Below are positions 40,163 through 54,505 of a stretch of DNA of 64,000 nt, piece after piece (position 1 is the first letter of the stretch; each line of letters begins with the position of its first letter). The notes beneath the pieces were generated by a model that did no database searches, had not been told where the DNA came from, and saw only the letters and a program-made list of their open reading frames with translations. Position numbers and translations under genes: made by a program. Source of the stretch: Hormiphora californensis (taxonomy: Eukaryota; Animalia; Ctenophora); contig CM035359.1 of NCBI GenBank assembly GCA_020137815.1, forward strand, positions 1,488,001 through 1,552,000. Direction: 5' to 3'.

Positions 40163-42850
40163 TCATAAATTATCAGGAGGAGGTCTCTTCCAACAAACTC
40201 GCTCGTGTCTGTTCAAACTGCTGGTACATGCAAATCTCTTTCCACAATATTCACAGCCGAACAATTTTTCACCCGTGTGTACCAGTTCGTGTCTTGTAAG
40301 GGCACGTTTCTCGGCAAAAGCTTTTCCGCACACTTGACAAACCCACGGCTTGGTATCCGAGTGAACTGTATACTTGTGATTCTTAACATGACACTGTTTC
40401 TTGAACGTTTTTCCACAAATTTCACAGGGAAAAGGTCTGGAATCGCTGTGGCACCTCTTATGACGAGTCAGAATAGAAACAGCATTAAAGGACATAGGAC
40501 ATTGATCACACATAAAATCCTTGACAGGGTGTTCATTCCTGATATGCTCGAACAATTCCTCCTGGCTACGTTTTCTAACGATACATCCCTTGTAATTTGC
40601 ATTTAAACTCTGTATGACGGCTCTCATGTGTCAGCATGTTGGTACGTTGAGAAAACAACTGCCCACAGTACTTACACTCGTGTTTCTTGTCTCCGCTATG
40701 AACTGTCATGTGGCGCTTGAGAAAATTCTTATTATCGAATGACATGGGACACTCACTGCACACGAATTCTTTAACAGGATGATCATTTCGAATGTGCTCA
40801 AAAAGCGTCTCCTGTGATGTACACGTGGTAAACGAACAATTTGGCACGTAACACCGAAATCCTTGAAAATTAACATCGCTTGTTGTTGAGTTGTCGGATT
40901 ACCGGTTTTTTAGAAGATTGTGCATCGCCTGAAATATTTAGTATTTACACAGCGATTACAAAGTCTATACAGTACACAGTGTTGATAAAATGATCAAAGG
41001 TTTTTTATTTTCTGAGCTACACAAACCTACACTCAGAGCCCATACCAAAGGCTCCGAAAGGCACCAACCGCTCTAACCAACCAACCAATCAACCAAACCT
41101 ACACAAACCTACACAAACCTACACTAACCTGGTTCAGTAGGATCAGTTGAAGAAGATGCAGCAGTAGAAATGGAATCCAGTTGAACGTTAGTTTCAGGGT
41201 AATCCTGTGATCCAGAAACTTCTGGACTGGATGGGTCACTCTGAGATGAGGTGGGACCCCCTGCCGTTTCATGTGTCAAGATGGCCGACTCAAGTTCTGG
41301 CATTTCATCGGGTGACTCTCCTCTAGCCGGCAGGTTGTCGTCACCCTTCTTGACATGTTCCCTGTTCGTGTGGTTCCATCTGCTTCCAGATGAGTTGAAG
41401 GATAATGGGCATAATTTACATTTGAACCTTTTCACGGGGTGATCAGCGATCACGTGATCGTACAGCTCTTTCAGGGAGAGTGATACAAACGTGCACCTCT
41501 TACCCCCCTTAGAGTCAGTATTGCCGATATGATATCGACACTTAAATGGTTCACTTTTAATATGGTTCTTCCTGCCTGTGAGTCAACAAGTAGTGTTTCG
41601 ATTCGAACCGAGAGCCACAGTATTCGCACACGAACTTTCTCGAAAGGCTGTGTGATTTCTGGTGAGATGCCAATGCTACCTTCCGTATCGTATGACATGG
41701 CACACTCACTACACTGGAACTCTTTCCTGGGGTGATCGCTTCTCACGTGTAGGTCTAACTCTTCCAATGTCTGCAGTCTTATGCGACAGCCGCTCACTTG
41801 GCATAAGAAGGCACCACGATTAGGCACCACGGCCTTTGTTGGAGTTTTTTGGTGATTTCATAGTCGGAGCTTTATCAGTCACCCCCTCTGAAAATAATGG
41901 GGGGATTAGCACATGAAAAAAACAACTTTTATCTTTATCAAGTAATTAGTAGTCGAGACTGAGTAAAACTTACTGTTATTATGAAGATCTGAAGGTAAAG
42001 GGGCGGCTAAAAAGTTGCTGCTCGACTCTTCACTGACTACCTGGACCTCCTTGGAAGCAGTTTCAGGTGTCTGGGTTGTGTTATCAAATTTGGCCGTGGG
42101 TTGCACAGGACAGGAGCTTCCCAATTGGTTGGTTGGTTCGCATCTTTTGAAAACCAAGCTACCAGCTTCTTCAACAGTATATATTTCAGTGGTACAGTTC
42201 GTCTCGACAGACTTTTCCACCTTTGCCTTTTTTCTAGGCACCCCTGTATACAAAGGTTGATTCCTTTTAGTCCTTCTTATTTCTTTGCTGCCAATATGAG
42301 TGTATACGTGGGTGTCGAGAGCGGAACTTGTGTCGAATGACATGGGACACGCAATACATTTGAAATCCTCAACGGGATGCATCGTTCTGATGTGCTCGTG
42401 TAGTTGCTCCTCTGTCGGGAAGACCACCAGACATTTGCACCGGAACTTTTCAGTTTGAGAGACAGGCTTGGGTTGAACATTTCTACTGTACCGTTCCTGT
42501 AACTCAATCTCGGTCAGTATATACTTTTCCTCAGCTTGAATCAGCCTGGATTGTGTTCGGATTGGCAGAGTCTGGACCAAAACATCGGCTACATCATAGT
42601 CATCCGAGTCCTCTGAATCATTACAACTGTTTCTATAGTTCTCATCTTCTTGGAAAGAATCGCTGTCAGATAGTACAGAATCAGAGCCGTCCATCTCGGT
42701 GTATTGGCCTGAATCACGGGGCTGTCTACCATTTCTAGCACGAGTGTTGTATGATGAAACCAGGGACGATGATGTGTCCGAATGGGGGATGTACGTTCCT
42801 CCCATAAGGCCAGATATTGCGATCACATGTTTCCAGATTTACACCATTCT
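40163..42850 (-). CDS. Multi-C2H2 zinc-finger protein, multi-exon, with apparent frameshifts (pseudogene or sequence errors)
   Basis: CDQCPMSF..H..H, CEICGKTF, HTGEKLFGCEYCGKRF and repeated HPVKxFxC fingers split across ORFs 40163-40627, 40575-40847, 41124-41830 and 41906-42826. Confidence 0.8.
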
Positions 42851-43127
42851 GCTGGGATACAACAGTTTAAATAAATTACACACAAAAATGCATAAACATA
42901 TCTTAATGACAGTTAGGGATTTTCTTTATCTGTAAAAATTTTGGGGGTGTTGACTGTTGGGGTGCGGGTGTTGGGTTGGGGGTGTTAGGGTCCCCATTGG
43001 GGGAGGGTGTTGTGGTTACCGCAATCACGTGGCCAATTCGAGCAAACTAAACATCATCCAGGTTACGTGGCTATAACCGTTTAAAAAGTGTGTGCCAAAA
43101 TTGTTTGGGGTGACAACTTCAAAAAAA

Positions 43128-46100
43128 CTCAAGATCCAAGATTCAAGATTCAAGATTAAAACAGAATTTATAATGTCAATAAAATCAACGTCCGCTCATA
43201 CACTATACGAGCCTCGATATGCACAATGCAGTTTGCACTAACATATAACCAGGCCCGGTAATAATAATATTACTAGTTACCTTAAGCGGAGTATAGCAAT
43301 TAGGTAACGAGAAATATGTAAGTACATTAGGTACTGTCCGAATCATCAAGTCAATCAATACATTATATAATAACTGTTGGTTTTCTTACACATTGATTAA
43401 TGATTGGGTGCCACACGAAATAATAATAGTAATGAGAAAACACAGTTAGACAAGTCATCATTATAACACTGTTTCTGATATGGATTAAGCAGTGAAGTAA
43501 AGGGACCCAAAGACCGATGTGAACTTAGGTTGGAGTAAAGGAACCCAGGAATGATGTCGCAAAGGGGGGGGGGGAGAGGACCCAGGACTCATGCTGGAAC
43601 TGATGGGAAGTAGGCTGAAGTGAAAGGACCCGGAAAAGCCGATGGGAAATAATGTTGGAGTAAAAGGACCCAGTACAGATATTACAATGCAGTTACTGTC
43701 CGTATGCTTTATAGAAGAGGTGTGTCTTCAGTGCTGTTTTGAATGATGATAGGGATTTGGAGTCACGAATCCCTCGTGGTAATTCATTCCACATTTTTGG
43801 AGCTGCAACACTGAACGCCCCTTTGGTGCTTTCGTAGTGAAACTCACTTCTCCGTATTTCCTTGAGGGTTGTATCATCGTTATCAATCCTGAGTGACTGA
43901 ACTTTCTGAGGTCGCTTCATTAACATTTCAGCCATGTAGGGGGGTGATTTTCCATGGATGGTTTTATATACCAGTAAGCAAATTTTATACTCTATTCTTT
44001 GTCTTACAGGTAAGAAATGTGATTTCATTCTCAGTTTTGTCACACCGCGTCTGCCTCTCTCGCCATATATAAATCGTGTCGCAGCGTTTTGGATCTTTTG
44101 GAGTCTCTTTAGATCACTATCTTTCATAGAAGAAAACAGGGAATTACAGTAATCTATACGACTATGGATGAGAGTTGTCACCAGCTTCGTTTTCTGCATC
44201 TTGTTGAGTTTCCCAGCAATCCTCCACATTTGCACAAGTTGAAAGTTACATGCTTGAACAACTTTAGTAACGTGATCGGACATGGATAGGGTGCTGTCGA
44301 ATATCACGCCCAAGTTTCTTGCAGATGGAGCGACCGTCGTTTCCTCCTCTTCTGGATCAATTTGAATAGTCTCAGTTTCTGCTGCTTTGCTCCATTTACT
44401 CTTCAAGATGAGCACTTCTGTTTTGTCAGGATTTAGTTTCAACATATTGTGTGCCATCCACACCCTTATATGTGCCACACATTTCTGTAACCTATCAATG
44501 ACATCAGCGATGGAGTCTGGTTGAAAGGAGATGTAAAGCTGAGAGTCATCAGCGTACATGTGGAGGCTGAGACCATATAGAGCAGCAATCTTTTCTAAAT
44601 CCTTCGTATACAAGATAAACAGAAGTGGTCCCAGTATGGACCCTTGGGGAACGCCAATCTCGATCTGATTGGGACTGGACTCAATAGTTCCTATCTTAAC
44701 CTTGGCAGATCGTCCAGATAGGTAGGACTTTATCCACTTGAGAACCCGGCCTCCCATTCGATATTCAGTCTCAAGTCGATGTAATAGTTTGGAATGAGAA
44801 ATCGTGTCGAAGGCGGCGGATAGGTCCAACAAGACTAAGATAACCTGGGACTTTTTGTCTATCTGCATGAGGATGTCATTGACAATCTTCACAGTGGCAG
44901 TTTCGCAGCTATGGTTAGTTCTGTAAGCAGATTGGAACTTAGCAAATAGATCGTGTTTCTCTATGTGTCCTATCAACTGGTCTGCCACACATTTCTCTAT
45001 CACTTTCGAGAGGAAAGATAAGTTGGAGATGGGTCTGTAACTCTTGAGCTCATCCGGATCCAGAGATGTGTTTTTGTAGGCAGGTCTTATGACAGCCGTC
45101 TTGAGACTTTCTGGCATCTCTCCTTCTGACAGGCTCGTATTAACAATTTTTGACAAGAGTGGAACAAGATGGGGTAGCACTGCTATTAAGAGGGAAGTAG
45201 GAAGGGGGTCAAGGGTACAGTGCTTTTGATTCATACTTCGGATGGTTGATACTAGTTGTTCGTCGGTAACAGGTCTGAACGATGCTAATACAGGCAAAGA
45301 TTTCGAGTTTGAAGTCGAGTCTGGAAGGTTGGGCAATGGTTTTAAGAAGGCTGGATCATTGCGGATATCTTCGTAAATGGACTCAACTTTCGTGTGGAAG
45401 AAGTTATTAAGCATTTCCGGTAGTTTGATAGGGTCGGCAACAGTTGGAAGTTGCTTAGGGGTTTTATCTTTGCCAAGAAGGTAATTTAGCAGTTGATAAG
45501 TTGCAGATGGGTTTCCCTCAACAGCTTCGAGTCGTCGTCTAAAATACTGTCGCCTCGCTTGTCGGAACACAGCCCGTGCACATCGTACTTCTTTTACAAA
45601 CTCCATTTCAGCTCGATCAAGTTCTTCATAAGACACCTTGTTGGGCTTCCGTAATCTCTTTTTGTAGAGTTTTTTGTATTTGCGCTCAGCCTTGCGTCGG
45701 CTTCTAAGCACATTGTAGCACTCGTTGTCGAACCACTGAGGTTTTCCGCCAACTCGGATATCTTTTTCCTCAAGAGGAGCTAGTTCATCCAGTATATCCA
45801 GGAGTAGTTCCTGGTACAGTTCAACACAGTCTGTGAGAGAACGGCCTGGAAACAATGGTCCTTTCAGTTCGGATTTTTGAATCATTTCAGCTACAGCTTC
45901 GGCTGTGACTTTCCTCATAGATCGGCTTATTACTGTCTTTTTCAAAGGAGGTCGATTTGCTGAGCCACAGTGAACGTTAAAAGATACAAGAAAGTGATCT
46001 GGGGCTTCCGGGGTGGGTAAGACATCGATCTCACTCAACAGGTATTCATCACCCGTTAGAACCAGATCAAGCCAGCCTCCACTGATATGCGTCGGCTGTC

Positions 46101-46166
46101 TAACCTCTTGGTGCCAGTTGTGACTCCAGGCTCCTGTAGACAGGTCACCAAACACCCAGATCTTAA
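43128..46166 (-). mobile_element. 5'-truncated L2-group LINE; RT-containing ORF 43693-~46165, (TCTTGAA)n tail
   Basis: LDLVLT, PDHFLV, YRPISNL, QSAYR..HSCETA, LLDLSAAFDT, GVPQGSILGP, YADDSQLY, LKTHLF; tail at ~43128-43157. Confidence 0.9.
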
Positions 46167-48420
46167 CCCTTTGACGGCGAGAAGGATTGGCTCGATAGAA
46201 TTGTCTAATTTTTCGTTTATAAGTAGATGTTATCAACACAAAACGCCTCGAAAAGGAAATTTGTAATTCCGACATGTAGTTTTTGCTGGGCCCACTGTAG
46301 CATATATGATACTATCGCCCGTAAGGGAATTCTAGTAACAAATCTAAATTGTACAAGTTTGTGGGTGTTATGGCATAAATTCATGCTTTCATGAGGTTTG
46401 TAGCTACAAGTTCTACATTCGTGAACGGTTTTTACCAGGAAAAGAACCCAAATTAGAGATTTGTATCATATATGATACTATCGTCCAAAGGGTAAATTCT
46501 CCTAAAACATACATAATTCGGGCTAGAAAAGGAGCTAAGAGACAAATCAGGGCACTAAAATGTGTAGAATCATCGCATTAGTGGGGGTAGAGCACATATT
46601 TAGGTCGCTATCTGGACCCCTAATTGAGATAATTGCATAATTAGCTAATTATCTGTCCAGCGTGTGCTAATTATTCATGAAACTTTGCTCTGGGAAGGAG
46701 TTATGAGACAAATGGGGGCACTAAAATGTGTAGAATCATCAAATTAGTGGGGGTAGAGCACATATTTAGGTCGCTATCTGGATCCATAATTGAGATAATT
46801 GGATAATTAGCTAATTAGTTGCCCTGGAGCGCTAATAAATGAGACTAGGCGGAGTATACAAGACAAGTGAGGGCACTAAAATGTGTAAAATCATCGCCTT
46901 AGTGGAGGTAGAGCACATAGCCGAGTTTCTATTCCAACTCCTAAATGAGATAATTGGATAATTAGCTAATTGACGGTTGCACACCGTCCAATTTTCACCA
47001 AATCCCGTGGTTTCTAGGTAATCGTGAGCTCTTTTGTTCAATCTAAGGATCTTCTGACATCCCCTAATATCCCTAAACCCCTATAACCGTGTGTCCAAAC
47101 AATAAATATGGGAAACTGTAGTACATTAGAGGTTGAACGTGTTTTAGGAGCAATAGGATATAAAAATTCTATAGGATTGTAGTTGGATCTTGGATGTATG
47201 AGAGGTCTAGGATGGAGCAAGAGGGTTCTAAAGAGCTGAAGGCAGTGTCTAGGGTTGTATCGAGTGCTATACTATTGTGTAAAACGAGTCATAGGTGATA
47301 CAAATGGGGTTAGGGGTTGTCAGAAGATCCTTAGATTGAGCAAAAGAGCTCAGGATTACCTAGAAACCACGGGATTTGGTGAAAAGTGGACGGTGTGCAA
47401 CCGTCAATTAGCTAATTATCCAATTATCTCAATTAGGAGTGGGAATAGAAACTCAGCTATGTGCTCTACCCCCGCTAAGGCGATGATTTTACACATTTTA
47501 GTGCCCTCACTTGTCTTGTATACTCCGCCTAGTCTCATTTATTAGCGCTCCAGGGCAACTAATTAGCTAATTATCCAATTATCTCAATTATGGATCCAGA
47601 TAGCGACCTAAATATGTGCTCTACCCCCACTAATTTGATGATTCTACACATTTTAGTGCCCCCATTTGTCTCATAACTCCTTCCCAGAGCAAAGTTTCAT
47701 GAATAATTAGCACACGCTGGACAGATAATTAGCTAATTATGCAATTATCTCAATTAGGGGTCCAGATAGCGACCTAAATATGTGCTCTACCCCCACTAAT
47801 GCGATGATTCTACACATTTTAGTGCCCTGATTTGTCTCTTAGCTCCTTTTCTAGCCCGAATTATGTATGTTTTAGGAGAATTTACCCTTTGGACGATAGT
47901 ATCATATATGATACAAATCTCTAATTTGGGTTCTTTTCCTGGTAAAAACCGTTCACGAATGTAGAACTTGTAGCTACAAACCTCATGAAAGCATGAATTT
48001 ATGCCATAACACCCACAAACTTGTACAATTTAGATTTGTTACTAGAATTCCCTTACGGGCGATAGTATCATATATGATACGGCGCCTTAAATGTTAATAA
48101 CTCATTCAATTTTCAATATTTTTTGATGCGGCTTTTTGCATTCGGTCGGTTATGACGAGCACTTTTATTCCTTCAGAGGATTAGTTGCGCCCCCAAAAAA
48201 CAAAAAAATGAGAAATGTTTTTAAAAAAAGGCCGAAATTAGCCTCCTTAGAAGGGCTATAAAAAAATTTCTTGATTTTCTAAGCTGATCTGGACGTGGTT
48301 TTAGGTTCATAATCCCTAAAACTAGCTTGTGACAAAATATGGGCCACCTAGATAAAACATAAGGACTTCCAGGCCGCCTAGAATAGACTGTAGCATATAT
48401 GCTCTGTCGCCGTCAAAGGG
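46167..48420. mobile_element. piggyBac-type non-autonomous element with ~770-bp internal inverted arms (46301-48077)
   Basis: ttaa-CCCTTTGACGGCGA...TCGCCGTCAAAGGG-ttaa. Confidence 0.85.
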
Positions 48421-48923
48421 TTAACGGCGCCCGTCTGTGACCAACAAATTGGCAAACACCGCTGGCCCCCGATAATGGGATAAGGTAGAGCTTTTCTTGG
48501 CAAACGTTGCTGGCCCGCAGCGCTTTTCAAGCCAACAAAAAGCTGAAAATCAAAATTTTGGGAACTTTGAAATTAAAATGCGCGCGCTATTTCGCAGTGT
48601 AAATTTCAATTTTTACGCCGCTGCTCAAATATTAAGATATTTGCCGCGCTACCGTTTTGAAGTTCGAGCTTTGCATGATTCCCAAATTTTTGCTGTTTTT
48701 AATTTTTAAGTTCTCTCGGCGCTCTCAGCTCAAAAGTCTTGAGAGTTAAAGTCCATATTTTTTCAACTGTTCACCCAAAAACTGAAATTTATAAAAATTA
48801 GAATTTGGGTGGCGCGCGCTATACGTTAACATGTGATAAACGCGCAAAACAATTCCGCGCACGACTTTGGGGGGTGAACAGTTGAAAAAAAAAATGGACT
48901 ACCTGCCGATGTAGGTCCTGTTT

Positions 48924-49147
48924 TAAAGTCGGATTTTTTGAAACTGTCACCCCCCTGAAATAACAAATTTGTCATATCTCCGGTTCCTGATAAGATAGAG
49001 ACTTGAAATTTGGAGGTTCGGAAGAACTTAGCAAGATCTTTATAACCTCCAAATTTCAAGTCTCTATCTCATCAGGAACCGGACTTATGGTAATTTAAAG
49101 AAATTTGAAAACTCAGGGGGGTGACAGTTTCAAAAAATCCGACTTTA
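48924..49147. mobile_element. Palindromic MITE (TAAAGTCGGATTTTTTGAAACTGTCACCCCCC termini)
   Basis: Long TIRs; related termini at ~28355-28490, 33205-33250 and 43107. Confidence 0.75.
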
Positions 49148-49239
49148 CGATTAATCCTAAATGATAAAGTTAACTTTTAGGTTTGTATTCATCTTATTGA
49201 CCAAAAGAGCGGAAGTACCAACATGCCCCACAATTACAC

Positions 49240-50136
49240 AGACGAGCAAACAACATGAGCTTAAACGAGGAAAAATTCGAAGTTCTGCACTACACGCTCA
49301 ATAAAACACTCTTTCTCAGACAGCTCCCCTTTACCTCGGAGCTTGACATCTACTACACCCCAGATGGGTCTGAGATTGAACCAAAACTCTGTGTACGGGA
49401 TCTTGGGGTCCAATTGTCCAATGACCTGTCTTGGGATCAGCACATCGGAAACATGACTGCAGGATAAGTGGATGGGTTCTACGTGCTTTCAAAACAAGAC
49501 AGCCCAAGACAATGCTCATCCTCTACAAAAGTCTTGTCAGAAGCAAGCTGGAATATTGCTGCCCACTTTGGGACTCACCCAAAATCTCTGACATTATGAG
49601 TGTTGAAGCAGTACAGAGAAAGTTCACCAAACGCATTCTTGGAATGAGCGACCTGAGCTACTGGGATCGCTTGAAAAAACTGAACTTACACTCCATGCAG
49701 CGACGTCGGGAACGCTACTCTATCATCATGGTGTGGAAGATGGCGAACGGAAGTGCCCCCAACAACATTGGGCTGACATTCCACGATAACACAAGACTTG
49801 GAAGGAAAGCTGAGGTTCCAACATCCCCCACCACCACACAAGTGTCTGTCGCTACGAAGCACCATAACTCCTTTGCCTGCAGAGCGGCTCGACTTTGGAA
49901 TACTCTACCAAGCAATGTGAATACGGCAGAAGACCTAGCCTCATTCAAAGTTCTCCTTGGTAAATGGCTGAAGAGATTCCCAGACCGTCCCCCGGTGACT
50001 GGATATTCTCTACAGAATAATAACTCAATTCTTGACTGGGCACGAATAGCTTCCAGGGAGGGGGAGGCTCTATGAGGAGCTGACACCTGTGCAGTATCTG
50101 CACAAAGAGGACTACAAGACTACAAGACTACAAGAC
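49240..50136 (+). mobile_element. 5'-truncated CR1 3' fragment with (ACTACAAG)n tail, followed by a degenerate duplicate of its 3' end (to ~50350)
   Basis: EKFEVLHYTLN..VRDLGV / LYKSLVRSKLEYCCPLW..RAARLWNTLP..NNNSILDW, paralogous to 5390-6188. Confidence 0.9.
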
Positions 50137-51135
50137 ATCAGTCGCCACGAAGTATCATAACTCATTTGTTTCAAGAGCGACCCGATTATGGAACACTCCC
50201 GAGGGACGTTAATTTGGCGGAAGCCGGAAGACCTACCGTCGTTTAAAGCACTTCTTGGGGAATGGTTGAAGAGGATGCCGGACCGCCCCCGGTACCTGGA
50301 TATACCAGACAAAACAATAACTCAATTCTGTACTGTACAAAATTACAAGAGTTAGGTTAGGAAATATTATTTTTTCGCTGTAAACGAATTGCCAATATTA
50401 GAGACTACTGGTTGCTATAATCGTGGTGTCCCTCACACGTGTCAACACGATTTAGTTATATCTGCAGATTCACAGCAGTCATCAGCCGCTTCTTGAATGC
50501 TATTTAGAGCCATTATTTGTCAAACATGTCACTCATAATGTGAACATATTACTTTGTTTACTATGTTGTGGTTTTGTGCTCTGGTCTATAATTTTGATTA
50601 CATTTATGTAAACATTATTCACCGTAAATTTCTTGCCTGAAGTTGAACAGTTATAAATTTCTCTAAATTCTCCGTCCATCATTCTGTTATTTGTTGTTGG
50701 GTGCTGCAAATTTTGCTCGTTTTTTGATAATAACTTTCTACACACACGTCCTTAGTGTTTCTTCCTTTAATCGAATACAAATGATATGGGGTGTATAGAC
50801 TATTAAGGGACTTTTCAATTTCTTCTGTGATTTTTGCCTTTTTCTTATCCCCTATTTTCAATCAATCACCCTCTCATTTCATTCTGAATAAAGAGATCTG
50901 AGCAAGAATCTCATTTCATTCACTATTTTTGCTCAAAAATGCAGTGTTATACATATAGGAAGTAATTTTGATATCTCCTTCTGGTGATCAACACACACAC
51001 ACGCCCTCTGTACAACAGTTTAATGGGGAATCTCACACATACACGGGCAGAACTCGGTTAAGGAGAGATTAATTAGTATTCTGAATAATGAGTTCAGAGC
51101 AAGAATTAAATAGGGAAGAAAATCGAAAAATACTG

Positions 51136-51209
51136 GGTTTGACCGGGAATTGAACCAGGGACCTCCAGAGAGACATGCTCGGAGCTATAAACCACTAAGC
51201 TACCAAACC
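51136..51209 (-). pseudogene. tRNA-like sequence (pseudo-tRNA or SINE head) with an inverted half-copy extending to 51255
   Basis: GGTTTGG-TAGCTTAGTGG (A box)...GGTTCAATTCC (B box)-TCAAACC; anticodon arm is non-canonical. Confidence 0.65.
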
Positions 51210-51897
51210 CTAGGGTTTGGTAGCTTAGTGGTTTATAGCTCCGAGCATGTCTCTCAGTTATACATATATATGTATTATCGAATTAATAATAATAGAAATC
51301 CCTGATTTCCCTTCAGCAATGCACAATGTCTGGAGAAGTGTCGTGTGAAGGGTACCTAATCAAGGCCCCGCCCCTTGACCAAGCAAGAAGCGTAAGTAAC
51401 CCCAACTGTACTAGGTAAAGGAACAAGATTTTTAATATCTTCTCTAGCTACATTCTCACCTTCTAATCAGATCTGACTCGCTTTTAATCCTGATCAGATC
51501 TCATTCATTAGAAGAGGCATAGTATATTTTGGATTTGATAGTTGCTAAGTAGCCCTGAGCCCATACCCTATATATTGTTTGAACAAGACCCAATAATGGG
51601 TTTTTTATACAAAGGATCTTAAGTTATGAGTTTGGTTTGGTTTGGACCACTCATCTGGGACTGTAAACAGTTAAGTTATGAGTATTGAGTAAGGAAAGGA
51701 GAAATATATTTGTCTATAAAACTTCCAAATATATGCACTTTCTTGGTCCATTGTATGTTCACCTTTCATCTGTCCGTTTGTACGTGTGAACAAAATGATC
51801 TATCACTTTTTTGCACTCTATCTTTATCTGTTTTATGGATGAACAATGGAACCGTTTGTAACTGTGCTGCACGTGCAGACTGCAGCTGCAGAGATGA

Positions 51898-51981
<84 letters not shown>

Positions 51982-52606
51982 GCTCTCTCTCTCTCTCTCT
52001 CTCCCCCCCTCTCTCTCTCTCTCCCTCTCTCTCACACCACCTCACGCCAACAATAACTAATTTCCGCCCCACTCTCAAACACCTGCAGAACATTTATTGT
52101 GTCTGTCTGCTGCAGTAGCTACTAATTCTAAAACGAGATCTACTACTACTTCAATAAATAACAGATTACCTATAGAATTGGTTACGAAGTTACCCCTTGT
52201 GAGGTGTCTTCGATACCAACTATAGAACAGATCAAACAGCTAGTGTACCACACAGGGGATATCGAGGTGAATTGCTTGATATACACCAGCTCAATTCAAT
52301 TCTTCATTGGTAAATGTAGATGGGGATAGGTGGGTGGCGATTAATAGCTAAGGTATGAGGAGAGAATGAGGAGAGAAGGATCAGAGAGAGGGGGGGGGGC
52401 TGCTTCATAAGCAGACAAAGAAGACGAAGAAGGAAGTGGAATTGGGTAAATGCTGTGGTATACAAACATTGTATCTGCAGCAGTATTGTACACTAGAGCC
52501 TCCGAGAAGGGGGAGAAAGGAAAGGGGTTGGAGCATCTTCCGACTTTTGGGCTCATCTCGCCTTCCTTTCTCTCTCTCTTTTTCTCTCTCTCTTTTTCTC
52601 TCTCTA

Positions 52607-52640
<34 letters not shown>

Positions 52641-53619
52641 ACACACAGATCTTCCAACTTTCGAGGGAAAAATTGAGTTACCTAGGTACATAAATGCAAA
52701 ATTATTGAAGAGTGTAAAAAACATTCGCCTGATCTTCTACAATGGATACATACATGCGTGACACGTTTAGTGTCGCCTGAGCGTTTCATGTTTTAACATT
52801 GTACTGGATAGAGAATATTTAGAGAGAATGAGTAATGGTGAACATCTATGAATTAGCATGGAGAGCAGTTGAGACACTCTGCTATTACACGGTTCATTAA
52901 CCCTGTGCCCTCTCTCGGCAAGTGAAAATCAACGTTGTACCCCGGCAGTCAGCTCGCTCAGTTTTAATTGAAGGTTATATTGGAGTACAGGGGGGACAGG
53001 TCTTTACACTTGAGAAGTGTGAGAGAGAGAGTTAGAGAGGGCGAGAGATAAATTACAGTTGAGAGGGGCATTTTGGTACAAATTCCAAGACAGAACTATG
53101 CAATTGTGAGCACATTTCCACAACTTAACTTTTTTCGTGGACAAGTCACTGGCATTAAATTATATTAGAAAAGTATGCATGTATCATATTTCCACACATC
53201 CTCTCTTTATTTCTCTTTCTCTCTTTCTTTCTCTAAAAACTCTGCATTTTGTATAGATAATTCGAGATTTATGTGTATCTAATTGATATACATTCCAGTC
53301 TAATCACGATGATCTGATTTTGTAATTTGTAGTTTCAAGTTATTAATTACACTGTCCTTTCAGCGTTGGTTCAAGCGGTATTTTGTGTTATTTGTTCCTG
53401 ATGCCGTTGTAAGGTAAGATAATTATAATTAATGATCATGAGGTAAATCGATTAGCAACACAGTATTGCACATGTTGCTAATGCACAATGCGCTCTGCAC
53501 ATCATCATGTATCAACTGTAGTAGTAGGTAGCTTGCTTTATTACGTGACGATGAGTGATTGCAACACTACACCTCAGTTCCTTCTTACACCCCCTCTCCA
53601 GCCTAATATATCTCTAGCT

Positions 53620-53728
53620 CAGGGACCGACCGACACAAGTAAACAACCAATCAGAACTCGTTATTTAGGTCACGTGACTGGTTATCAGCAAATCAGCGAC
53701 CAGTATTTCCTGATTCGGTCGGTTCCTG
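53620..53728 (+). mobile_element. 109-bp MITE, TSD CTCTAGCT (duplicated at 60430-60539)
   Basis: TIRs plus 8-bp TSD. Confidence 0.9.
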
Positions 53729-54405
53729 CTCTAGCTGCATATCATTCTCATTTCTTAAACCGCGGACTCTTTCCAGAACACACACGACGTCCATTCCTAA
53801 TGACCACACCTAAATTATCACACAATGTCCGACCACCATTCACCACCAGTGTATTATACACCCTTTTCACTGCGTTACAGTTTATAAAAGAAGGTATTTA
53901 ACCCTTTGAGGCACATTGGTTGGCCAAACGAAATTTTCCAATTCTTTCTGGAAATAGTCAGGTTGATGTTCTAAGATACCCCTCTTTTTTGGCAGGTATT
54001 ATAAAGACAAAGATTCATTTGGTAAAAAGAAGAGTGATCACAAGGGCGAGTTGAACCTTGGGTGTGTAAGAACGATACACGAAACTTCTGACCATGCTGC
54101 ACAGAAAAACTGTAAGTATGTTTAGATGTTTTCGATCTAGCTTGTCAGAAAAACTGTAAGTTTTTCATCAAATATCTCCACTACTTTGTCAGGGTCTATT
54201 CCTAATATCTCCACAACTCTACTTTGTGTTTTCTCGGTTGTCCGTGTCCATTTTTTATGTCAATCAATACACAGACAGAACGTGCGCAATGCGAATGCAT
54301 GCCCTAAATACATACGTTATACATATGGCCATTGGCCTATGTTTATTATTATTTGTAAGGAGATCGGCTCTACTATTTTTAGTGAGGTTGTGTAGATCAC
54401 ACTGC

Positions 54406-54505
54406 NNNNNNNNNNNNNNNNNNNNNNNNNNNNNNNNNNNNNNNNNNNNNNNNNNNNNNNNNNNNNNNNNNNNNNNNNNNNNNNNNNNNNNNNNNNNNNN
54501 NNNNN
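54406..54505. other. Assembly gap (100 N)
   Basis: Run of N. Confidence 1.

Noticed and set aside
46167-46275. N-terminus of the 860-aa RT ORF
   Set aside because: These codons lie inside the piggyBac-type element; LINE homology starts at the TTAA site
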